Source: an uncultured Candidatus Actinomarinales bacterium (GTDB taxonomy: Bacteria > Actinomycetota > Acidimicrobiia > Actinomarinales > Actinomarinaceae). From it: DNA of 64,000 nucleotides. The position numbers and the translations under genes were made by a program. The notes below the pieces were generated by a model. The model searched no databases and was not told the DNA's origin. It worked only from the letters and a program-made list of their open reading frames with translations. Each line of letters opens with the position of its first letter. Position 1 is the stretch's first letter. This document shows, in pieces, positions 20,083 to 28,301 of this stretch. The stretch spans positions 651,827-715,826 of the forward strand of contig CALSSQ010000001.1 of assembly GCA_943789065.1 (NCBI GenBank). Direction: 5' to 3'.

Positions 20083-21639
20083 TTAGCTTGTCATAAAATA
20101 ATAATTAAATCCATCACAAAGCGCATTCCATGAGGCATTGATAATATTTTCATGGACACCTATAGTGCTCCAGTTTTTAGTTGTATCTGTAAATTCAATT
20201 AAGACCCTTGTTTTTGCTTCGGTACCATCAGAAGAATCAATAATTCTTACTTTGTAATCAACTAATTTGATGGTTGTAACATTTGGGTAATCAGCCTCTA
20301 ATGCTGCTACAAGGGCCTTACTTAGAGCGTCTACAGGGCCGACCCCCTCACCAGTTGTGACGTATCTATTCTCATTGACAATTAATTTTGTTACAGCTTC
20401 TGAGATAACATTTTCCGAATTGCGCCTTTCTGAAAATACACGAAAACTCTCAAAACTAAAAAACTCTGGAACTACATTTTTTACTTTATTCATAAGTAAA
20501 AATAAAGATGCATCTGCAGCCTCAAATTGATATCCTGCATGTTCTAAATTCTGCACATGATTAATTAATTCTTTCGCATCATCATTTGAAAACTCTAAAC
20601 CAAACTCATTTGCTTTAGTAATTACACTTGCCCTACCAGCTAGTTCTGAGACCGTAGTTCGTGTATAGTTCCCTACAGCAGAAGAGTCAATGTGTTCGTA
20701 TAGTGAGCTGTCTTTAGCCATACCGGAAGCATGTAATCCAGCTTTGTGAGTAAAAGCAGCTGAACCAACATATGGCTGTCTAGAATCGATAGTGATATTG
20801 ACTAGTTCAGCAATGTGATTTGCTATAGGTGTTAGCTTTTTTAAAGATTCTAAATTTATTGTTTCATGACCCATTTTTAAAGATAAGTTTGGTACAAGAG
20901 TACAAAGATCCGCATTTCCAGTTCTCTCTCCATAGCCGTTCATGGTCCCTTGAACATGGTTCACTCCCAAATTGACTGCTGCCATGGAATTTGTAACTGC
21001 ACATCCATTATCATTTTGAAAATGTACACCAAACTTTTGGCCTTCATACCTTGGCAATATTTCGGTTAATATTGCAGTGACTTCTGACGGTAATGTTCCT
21101 CCATTTGTATCACAAAATATGAAACAATCTACACCAGCAGCCATAACTGCATCCATTATTTCAAGACTTGTTTTGGAGTCCTCTTTATATCCATCAAAAA
21201 AATGCTCAGCATCAAAAAAGACTTTTTTGCCTTTGGAACTAAGATGTTCAATTGTGTCAACAGCCATTTCTATAGCAGTTTTAACATCAGTTTGAATTGC
21301 TTTTGTAATATGTAAATTTGATGATTTTCCTACAATACAGACATACTCTGTTCCAGAGTCAATGAGCGCCTGGACTTGTGGATCTTCATCAACTTTTGAA
21401 TTTAGTTTTCTTGTAGATCCAAAACTTACTAGTTTTGCATTTTTAAGTTTAAGTTCAGTTTTAGCCCTATCAAAAAATTCTTCTTCTTTGGGTGAAGCAC
21501 CCGGCCAGCCACCCTCTATAAAGGCTACACCTAGTTCATCAAGTAATTCTGCAATAGCAAGCTTGTCCTTCACAGAAGGTGATATCCCTTCCTGCTGAAA
21601 GCCATCTCTCAAAGTTGTATCAAATATATCTATTTTCAT
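20083..21639 (-). CDS. cimA: LeuA-family (R)-citramalate synthase / 2-isopropylmalate synthase
   Basis: Catalytic domain starts MKIDIFDTTLRDGFQQEG. TIM-barrel HxH region. C-terminal LeuA allosteric domain. The track ORF is extended to an upstream TTG (21675) that would read through the hairpins, so ATG at 21639 is preferred. cimA is preferred over leuA only because of the Ile-rich upstream leader (see findings). Confidence 0.75.
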   Translation of the reverse strand: MKIDIFDTTLRDGFQQEGISPSVKDKLAIAELLDELGVAFIEGGWPGASPKEEEFFDRAKTELKLKNAKLVSFGSTRKLNSKVDEDPQVQALIDSGTEYVCIVGKSSNLHITKAIQTDVKTAIEMAVDTIEHLSSKGKKVFFDAEHFFDGYKEDSKTSLEIMDAVMAAGVDCFIFCDTNGGTLPSEVTAILTEILPRYEGQKFGVHFQNDNGCAVTNSMAAVNLGVNHVQGTMNGYGERTGNADLCTLVPNLSLKMGHETINLESLKKLTPIANHIAELVNITIDSRQPYVGSAAFTHKAGLHASGMAKDSSLYEHIDSSAVGNYTRTTVSELAGRASVITKANEFGLEFSNDDAKELINHVQNLEHAGYQFEAADASLFLLMNKVKNVVPEFFSFESFRVFSERRNSENVISEAVTKLIVNENRYVTTGEGVGPVDALSKALVAALEADYPNVTTIKLVDYKVRIIDSSDGTEAKTRVLIEFTDTTKNWSTIGVHENIINASWNALCDGFNYYFMTS

Positions 21640-21643
21640 ATCT

Positions 21644-21690
21644 AAAAAAAAACCCCTGCCATGCAAGGGTAACAACGATACGTTCGTTGT
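21644..21690 (-). terminator. tandem hairpins: ACAACGA-ACGUA-UCGUUGU, then CCCUUG-CAUGG-CAGGGG followed by U9, ending 4 nt before the cimA ATG
   Basis: Read from the minus-strand transcript. Second hairpin plus U9 is a canonical intrinsic-terminator shape. A possible 2:3-like extension GG...CC bridges the two hairpins. Confidence 0.5.
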
Positions 21691-21692
21691 CC

Positions 21693-21719
21693 TTAATTAA
21701 TAATTATGATATTCATCAT
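21693..21719 (-). CDS. candidate 8-codon leader peptide MMNIIIIN (four consecutive Ile codons)
   Basis: ATG ATG AAT ATC ATA ATT ATT AAT TAA on the minus strand. It starts 10 nt after the lipoprotein stop and is followed directly by two hairpins plus a U9 tract. No Shine-Dalgarno. Could be chance in AT-rich DNA. Confidence 0.3.
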   Translation of the reverse strand: MMNIIIIN

Positions 21720-21728
21720 GTAACAATA

Positions 21729-22412
21729 TTACTTATTTCTATTCCGTTGTCTAGCAATTATATAGCCAAGTAGTAAGAGGGAAAATAATAAACCAACAAC
21801 ATAAACTTGTGTTAACTCTTGTGTGTTTGATGACATCAGGAAGGTTTGCTCAAGTAAACCTGAGTGTTGAAATATTATTTTATTATCTACAATATTTTCA
21901 ATTTTTGGTTCTGTTACTCTTCCCGGGAGCTGAATGCTTAAGCTACCAGAATAAATATTTTCTATTCCTTCTATCTCTTCATCTGCACCATTGAGTATTT
22001 TTGCAAAAGAACCTGAGATACTTCTTTTATTTCCATCAGAAGATATTGAAATATTAGATAAAGGGAGTAGCAACAGTTCAGTATTCTCATTTTCACGAAG
22101 AATTTCTAATTGATTCTCGAACTCTTCAATATTTTGAAAATTATTTCTGATTAAGATACCCAATTTATCATTATCCTCGTAAATAGTTGAGCCAAAACCA
22201 TCTGGCATAGCTGTAAGTATGGCATTTAAACCACCAATAGAAGTTTGGCCTGTCTCTACTGCGTATAGCTGTGCTTCTTGGTCAAGAAGAATAGCTATTC
22301 TGTAATCTCCAGAATTATCATCATTAAGTTCTATTTCCATTGTCCAAGTTGCTTCACATGCTGAGAAGAATAAAAATAAAAATACTATGAGAAGATTCTT
22401 AGATTTTTTCAT
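21729..22412 (-). CDS. hypothetical lipoprotein with C-terminal TM anchor
   Basis: 227 aa. Signal peptide plus lipobox (LFFSAC). C-terminal hydrophobic helix followed by RQRNRNK. Confidence 0.45.
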   Translation of the reverse strand: MKKSKNLLIVFLFLFFSACEATWTMEIELNDDNSGDYRIAILLDQEAQLYAVETGQTSIGGLNAILTAMPDGFGSTIYEDNDKLGILIRNNFQNIEEFENQLEILRENENTELLLLPLSNISISSDGNKRSISGSFAKILNGADEEIEGIENIYSGSLSIQLPGRVTEPKIENIVDNKIIFQHSGLLEQTFLMSSNTQELTQVYVVGLLFSLLLLGYIIARQRNRNK

Positions 22413-22971
22413 TTAGAATTCCAATCATTTTATTTGTAGCAATCTTGCGGTGACTAATACTATTTTTCTCCTCTGAAGATAATTCAGCAAGGGTTTTACC
22501 CTTATTTTCAAATATAGAATCATAACCAAATCCATTTGTACCTCTAGGTTTTTTAGTAATCATACCTTCAAGAATTCCATCTGTAGAAATTTCAGTTACA
22601 CCATCGTAGAAATATAAGACTGTTTGAAAGTATGCACTTCTATCCTCTTCTTCGATGAGGTTTGCCAACAGCTTGTCAATATTTTGAAGATCGGTTGCAT
22701 TCTCTCCTGCATACCTTTTTGAATGAAGGCCAGGCATCCCATCGAGTGAATTTACAAATAAACCAGAATCATCAGAAATTACAGGAACCTGATAATGATC
22801 ATAAATTTCATGTGCTTTTTTTTGAGCATTTTCTAAAATTGTATTTTTATCCTCCACAACATCTAATAAATCTTCTTTGTAGATAGCTTGATGGAAGTTA
22901 CCAGTATCATTTAATATTTTAGAAATTTCTCTATGCTTGTTGATATTTTTAGTTGCAAGAAGTATATTCAT
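22399..22971 (-). CDS. rdgB: non-canonical purine NTP pyrophosphatase (RdgB/HAM1 family)
   Basis: 190 aa. MNILLATKNINK...SGL(F) and FGYDSIF motifs. Adjacent to rph as in many bacteria. Confidence 0.85.
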   Translation of the reverse strand: MNILLATKNINKHREISKILNDTGNFHQAIYKEDLLDVVEDKNTILENAQKKAHEIYDHYQVPVISDDSGLFVNSLDGMPGLHSKRYAGENATDLQNIDKLLANLIEEEDRSAYFQTVLYFYDGVTEISTDGILEGMITKKPRGTNGFGYDSIFENKGKTLAELSSEEKNSISHRKIATNKMIGILNEKI

Positions 22972-23636
22972 TAGTCTTTTTGAAGAGTTATTATTTTTTC
23001 TATTTCTGGTTTTGTTATTTCAAATAACTTATCAAGATCTTCTTTGGAGAATGGTTTCTTCTCAGCAGTTCCTTGAATTTCTAGAATCTCAAAATTATCA
23101 TTTAATACAATATTTAAATCTACTTGCGCATTCGAATCATTTTTATAATCAAGATCAACTATGTACTCACCTTCAACAATTCCCACGGATAAAGCTGCAA
23201 CATGGTTCATCAAAGGATTTTGATTCATTTTTCCATTTTCAACTAATTTATTAAATGACTCGTTTAATGCTATCCATGAACCGTTAATTGAAGCTGTTCT
23301 CGTTCCACCATCAGCCTCTAAGACATCACAATCCACTGTTACTGAATATCCATTTAATAGTTTCAAATTACAAACTGCTCTTAATGACCTTCCAATCAAT
23401 CTAGAGATTTCCTTAGATCTTCCACCTTCATAAGATTTTCTAGGAACCCTGCTGCCCGATGAACCAGGGAGCATACTGTACTCAGCAGTTACCCATCCAG
23501 AATCTCCATTCTCAAGCCATCTTGGTAACCTATCCGAAATTGATACAGTTATCAAAACTTTTGTATTGCCAGACTCGTAAAGTACAGATGTATTTTTAGA
23601 ATTGATAAAATCTTTTGTTATTTTTATTTCCCTCAT
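22971..23636 (-). CDS. rph: ribonuclease PH
   Basis: 221 aa. RNase PH fold (GSSGSRVPRKSYEGGRSKEISRLIGRSLR, VDCDVLEADGGTRTASI). Confidence 0.85.
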   Translation of the reverse strand: MREIKITKDFINSKNTSVLYESGNTKVLITVSISDRLPRWLENGDSGWVTAEYSMLPGSSGSRVPRKSYEGGRSKEISRLIGRSLRAVCNLKLLNGYSVTVDCDVLEADGGTRTASINGSWIALNESFNKLVENGKMNQNPLMNHVAALSVGIVEGEYIVDLDYKNDSNAQVDLNIVLNDNFEILEIQGTAEKKPFSKEDLDKLFEITKPEIEKIITLQKD

Positions 23637-23637
23637 G

Positions 23638-24288
23638 TTACGGTGAAAGCCTTTCTATTTTCCATTCATTATCTAATAAAGAATAAGAGAATCTATCGTG
23701 GGTCCTGTTATCTCTTCCCTGCCAAAATTCCCAATAAACTATTTTTATACTAAACCCACCCCAATTATCTGGTCTTTTGATTTCTTTATTTTTATATTTA
23801 ATTTCTAATTCAGCTATCTTTTCTTCAATCTCATCTCTCCCCTGTATTTTTTGGCTTTGATTTGAAACAATAGCACTCAGTTGACCACCTCTAGGCCTTG
23901 AGTTGAAATAATCATCAGATACTTCTGGTGAAGCTTTTTTACAAACACCTTCAAATCTAATCTGTCTATGAATCTCTGGCCAATAAAATACACCCGAAAC
24001 ATTAGGATTATTAAAGATTTCTTTCGCTTTAGGACTCTCGTAATGGCTATGGAAGATTATTTCCTCCTCTACAAGATCTTTGAATAAAACATATCTAGAT
24101 CGTGGCTTATTCTCATCTGTTACTGTAGAAATTGCCATTGCATTCGGCTCATTTGCTTCAATTTTTATAGCTTCATCTAACCATTTTTTGAATTGATTAA
24201 TCGGATTTTCGGAAAGTTCATTAACATCGAGCTCTTTATTTCCATATTCTTTTCTGAGAGATGCTAAAGTACTTGAAATTTTTTCCAT
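23638..24288 (-). CDS. pdxH: pyridoxamine 5'-phosphate oxidase
   Basis: 216 aa. IRFEG, RPRGGQLSA and WGGF motifs of PNPOx. Confidence 0.85.
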   Translation of the reverse strand: MEKISSTLASLRKEYGNKELDVNELSENPINQFKKWLDEAIKIEANEPNAMAISTVTDENKPRSRYVLFKDLVEEEIIFHSHYESPKAKEIFNNPNVSGVFYWPEIHRQIRFEGVCKKASPEVSDDYFNSRPRGGQLSAIVSNQSQKIQGRDEIEEKIAELEIKYKNKEIKRPDNWGGFSIKIVYWEFWQGRDNRTHDRFSYSLLDNEWKIERLSP

Positions 24289-26552
24289 TAACTAGATTTT
24301 ATATAATTTAAGGCCGATCCAGCTTTGAACCATGTTATCTGTTCATCGGATAGTGAGTGGTTGGTTGCAATAGCTAAAATTTTACCATCAGATTTTTCAA
24401 TATTGACAATCACCTGCTTTTCAGGCTCTATGTTAGAAGGATCTTCAATTGTTAACTTATCATCCTGTTCAATTAATTCATAATCATCTTTATTGTCGAA
24501 TGTTAAAGGCAGTATGCCCTGTTTTTTCAAATTTGCTTCATGAATTCTTGCAAAGCTTTTTACAAGGACTACTTTGCAACCTCGAAACCTAGGTTCCATA
24601 GCAGCATGTTCTCGAGAAGAACCTTCACCATAGTTTTCATCTCCAATTGCTATCCAGTTGATAGAGTTTTCATGATAACTTTTTGCAAGATCTGGTAGAG
24701 ACATAATTTCATTGGTTAATAGATTATTTCCCATTCCTGAATCTGTTGTATAGGAATTATTGACACCAATAAATAAATTTTGAGATATATTTTCTAGGTG
24801 GCCTCTAAACTGCAGCCACTTACCAGCTGGAGAAATATGATCTGTTGTGCATTTTCCATTTGCTTTCATTAACACAGTTAAAGAGTCGTAGTTATTTTTA
24901 TTAAATTCTTCAAATGGCTCTAATACTTGCAGCCTAGATGAGTTGGGATCAATAATTACTTCAATACCCTCAGTAGATTCAGAAGGTTGAATAAATCCCT
25001 CAAGAGTTTGTTCAAACCCCTCTGAAGGAAGTTCATCTGCAACAGGAGGGGTTAACTTTACTTCCTCCCCATTCTCGTTGGTAAGAGTTTCAGATAAAAA
25101 GTCGAAATCAAGAGATCCTCCTAAGGCAAGTCCAATAACACTTTCAGGTGATCCAATGAAAGATAAAGTTTCTGCATTGCCATCATTACGAGCTGGAAAG
25201 TTCCTATTGTAAGAAGATACAATTGAGTTGCTCTCTCCTTCTTTGATATCATCTCTTTTCCACTGTCCGATACAAGGTCCACAAGCATTTGCAAGTACTG
25301 TCGCACCAATTGCTTCCAAATCTTTTAAATAACCATCTCTTTCAATTGTTGCTCTAGTTTGTTCTGAGCCAGGAGTGACCATCAAAGGAACTTTTGATTT
25401 AAGTCCTTTTTTTGCAGCTTCACGTGCAATAAATGCTGCTCTTCCAATATCTTCATAAGATGAATTTGTACACGAACCGATTAATGCACTGGATATAGCT
25501 ATTGGATATTCATTCTTGAGTGCATCCTCTTTTAACTTTGAGACCGGTCTTGCTAAATCTGGTGTGTGAGGACCTACTATATGTGGCTCTAATGAATCAA
25601 GATTAATCTCTATAACTTGATCAAAATATTTTTCTGGAGACTCCAATACTTCCTCATCAGCAGTAAGAATATCCATATTCTCTGCAGCTAAGTTAGCTAA
25701 ATCTTCTCTATCTGTAGCGATTAAGTAGTCTTTACCTTTTTCATCAAAAGGGAATACTGAACATGTTGCTCCAATCTCAGCTCCCATGTTTGTAATTGTT
25801 GCTTTACCAGTAGTGGATATAGTTTTTGTTCCTTCTCCAAAATATTCGACAATTGCATTTGTCCCCCCTTTTACAGTTAATATTTCGGCAACTTTTAAAA
25901 TTATGTCTTTTGGAGCGGTCCATCCACTTATTGAGCCTGTAAGTTTTATACCAATTAACTTTGGTATTTTTGTATTAAATGGCATGCCCGCCATAACATC
26001 AACAGCATCAGCTCCACCGACACCTATAGCTATCATTCCTATTCCACCTGCATTTGGAGTGTGACTGTCAGTACCAATCATCATTCCACCTGGAAAGGCA
26101 TATTGCTCCAAGACAACTTGGTGAATAATTCCAGCTCCTGGTCCCCAGAAACCGATGCCATATTTTTCAGATGAAGACCTCAAAAAATCAAAAACTTCTT
26201 TATGGGTTTTATTGGCCACCTGAAGGTCATTATTAGCACCTTCATAGGCTTGGATTAGGTGGTCGCAATGCACTGTTGTAGGAACAGCTGTTTTAGGTAG
26301 TTCCGCTTGCATGAATTGAAGAATAGCCATTTGTGCTGTCGCATCTTGCATAGCTACCCTGTCAGGAAGGAAATCTCCAAAATCTTCGCCTTTGTTTAAA
26401 GAAATAGTTGTGACGTCCTTAGCGTGACCAAAGAGTAACTTCTCAGCGAGAGTAAGTGGAGCACTTTTTCTCTCTCTAAGAATTTCAATGTTATTTATTA
26501 TTTTCTTATAAGCATTTGAAACTAGTTCAACTTGGGTTCTAGATAAATCCAT
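24288..26552 (-). CDS. acn: aconitate hydratase, mitochondrial (ACO2) type
   Basis: 754 aa. Long stretches are near-identical to mitochondrial aconitase (DRVAMQDATAQMA, GTDSHTPNAGG, GSCTNSSYED, NACGPCIGQW, SYNRNF, GDENYGEGSSREHAA). Size matches ACO2, not the AcnA/AcnB types of about 900 aa. Confidence 0.85.
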   Translation of the reverse strand: MDLSRTQVELVSNAYKKIINNIEILRERKSAPLTLAEKLLFGHAKDVTTISLNKGEDFGDFLPDRVAMQDATAQMAILQFMQAELPKTAVPTTVHCDHLIQAYEGANNDLQVANKTHKEVFDFLRSSSEKYGIGFWGPGAGIIHQVVLEQYAFPGGMMIGTDSHTPNAGGIGMIAIGVGGADAVDVMAGMPFNTKIPKLIGIKLTGSISGWTAPKDIILKVAEILTVKGGTNAIVEYFGEGTKTISTTGKATITNMGAEIGATCSVFPFDEKGKDYLIATDREDLANLAAENMDILTADEEVLESPEKYFDQVIEINLDSLEPHIVGPHTPDLARPVSKLKEDALKNEYPIAISSALIGSCTNSSYEDIGRAAFIAREAAKKGLKSKVPLMVTPGSEQTRATIERDGYLKDLEAIGATVLANACGPCIGQWKRDDIKEGESNSIVSSYNRNFPARNDGNAETLSFIGSPESVIGLALGGSLDFDFLSETLTNENGEEVKLTPPVADELPSEGFEQTLEGFIQPSESTEGIEVIIDPNSSRLQVLEPFEEFNKNNYDSLTVLMKANGKCTTDHISPAGKWLQFRGHLENISQNLFIGVNNSYTTDSGMGNNLLTNEIMSLPDLAKSYHENSINWIAIGDENYGEGSSREHAAMEPRFRGCKVVLVKSFARIHEANLKKQGILPLTFDNKDDYELIEQDDKLTIEDPSNIEPEKQVIVNIEKSDGKILAIATNHSLSDEQITWFKAGSALNYIKSS

Positions 26553-26590
26553 ATTGATGATTATATTATTGATTTCATCTAAAGATGGGG

Positions 26591-28051
26591 TTATCTAAAT
26601 TCAAGACAAGTTTTTTGAAAATCACAAAAATTACACCAATCACCTTCTGAAAATCCAGGTTGTAAGGCATCACTCGGATCCCATTGGCCTATAGTTTTAG
26701 CAATTGAATCAAACTTTTCCTTTAAAGCTTCAATCTGGTCGTGTGTAAATCTCCTTTCAACAATTTTTTCTTCTTTATCACTTACATAAATATGAAGGAC
26801 AACTACTTCTTTTTCCTTTGTTTGAATAAATGCACCTAATGCATAGAGCTCTGCTTCAGCTGAATGTTGAGGAAGCTGTGCCCCAGTTTTTAGTTCTACA
26901 ACTAGAGGAGCTCCATCCAGTCTGCCAACTAAATCAGCAGAACCCATAAATGTTGCAGCAATTTTACCCTCATAGACTTTATGACTTTTATTTTGAACTA
27001 TTGCATCCGTTATTGCAGTAAAACCAAGAACTCTTTCTCTTGCTGTTATTTCAAGATTATTAAAATCCTTAATTTGATTTAAGAGTTGTTCATATTTCTT
27101 AATTACTTCTATTGCAACTTCTCCATCTTCTTCTTTAAGCAAATTTTTCAATCTTTCTATTTCTCCTGATTTTTGAGAATCTTGATTGTTTAAAAGCATC
27201 ATTCCAGAGAATTTATGAAAACTAATTCCAACTTTCATTGGGAATGGATCGGACTCTTTTTCTTCTTTCGGAATGCCGTATTGTGTTTTCCATGCGAACT
27301 GTCTCTCACAATTATCTTTATTTAATAAGTTAGTTTTAGAAATAACAATTCCTCTATAACTTTTCTTAGTTCCTTCTCCATTGATACTGGGATATTCTCC
27401 GCATGAAGATGATCTCTCGCAAAGGGTACAATGATTCCCTGGTATAAGCTTTATGTTTTCATTGATAAAACCTTCAAGCAACAAAAAATTATCATCTATT
27501 ACCTCATCGGCATTTTCTATACTGCTAATTTCAAGTAAATCGTTGTTATAAAGATCTGCAACATAAAAGGTTTCATTTTCTAAACGTGTTTTTAAAATTA
27601 TTGCTTTGTCTAAATCACTAACACCCTTCTTACCAGTTTTTAACTTTACATATTCCGTAGAGACTTCATCTTCAAATTCAAATTGTGTGTGAGCATTAAT
27701 AAAAACTTCCTCATCATTTATAAACTTAGAAATACTACTGCTGGGAAAATCTGCATTCAGGTCTGCAGTATTTTTATGATATATATTTCTAAACTGCGAA
27801 AATAATTCTGAAGAAATTTTTTGCTGTAACTTGTCAAAATATTTGAAGTTGTTTTCTTCTGCTTGATTGATTGCAACTTCATTTGGAGCCTGATTTACTA
27901 ACCAGTCTATAATCGCATCATTAATACTTTTCCACCTTTGTAAGTTGGAATTTGGGGTATATGTTGTGTTGAATTTCTTATATTCGGATCCAGGACATTG
28001 TGCTATTTTATTAACTTTTGTAGTAGAAAAACTTAATGGCTTTTCGCTCAT
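26591..28051 (-). CDS. PD-(D/E)XK nuclease, two tandem Cas4/AddB-like Fe-S nuclease repeats
   Basis: 486 aa. C-terminal repeat: Cys...GRLDG...VVELKTG...QHSAEAELY...CNFCDFQKTC (C-x2-C-x5-C). N-terminal repeat: Cys19...SDLDKAIILKT...HCTLCERSSSC (C-x2-C-x5-C), with the E of ExK replaced. Confidence 0.5.
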   Translation of the reverse strand: MSEKPLSFSTTKVNKIAQCPGSEYKKFNTTYTPNSNLQRWKSINDAIIDWLVNQAPNEVAINQAEENNFKYFDKLQQKISSELFSQFRNIYHKNTADLNADFPSSSISKFINDEEVFINAHTQFEFEDEVSTEYVKLKTGKKGVSDLDKAIILKTRLENETFYVADLYNNDLLEISSIENADEVIDDNFLLLEGFINENIKLIPGNHCTLCERSSSCGEYPSINGEGTKKSYRGIVISKTNLLNKDNCERQFAWKTQYGIPKEEKESDPFPMKVGISFHKFSGMMLLNNQDSQKSGEIERLKNLLKEEDGEVAIEVIKKYEQLLNQIKDFNNLEITARERVLGFTAITDAIVQNKSHKVYEGKIAATFMGSADLVGRLDGAPLVVELKTGAQLPQHSAEAELYALGAFIQTKEKEVVVLHIYVSDKEEKIVERRFTHDQIEALKEKFDSIAKTIGQWDPSDALQPGFSEGDWCNFCDFQKTCLEFR

Positions 28052-28301
28052 ATATTAAAGATACTAAAAGGCATCTAAACTTTGAGTAATTAAAAAATAT
28101 ATTTTAAACATTTTTAAACAGCAAAAACACTTACAATACCTTTACAAAGTGAAGTAGATGTTTACTAAACTTTGAGGAAAAGAGGATTCGTTAGATTTAT
28201 AAAGATCTGACAAAAGAATTCTCTTTTCTGTTTCAAATCAAAAATATAAAAAGACCATGATTATCTAGACTTCTATCTTTAATAATTACTAAAATTACAG
28301 G

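Noticed and set aside
21640-21675. TTG-initiated 12-codon N-terminal extension of the LeuA-family ORF in the track
   Set aside because: The extension would be translated through both hairpins and the U9 tract. The conserved catalytic N-terminus begins at MKIDIFDTTLRDG (ATG 21639).
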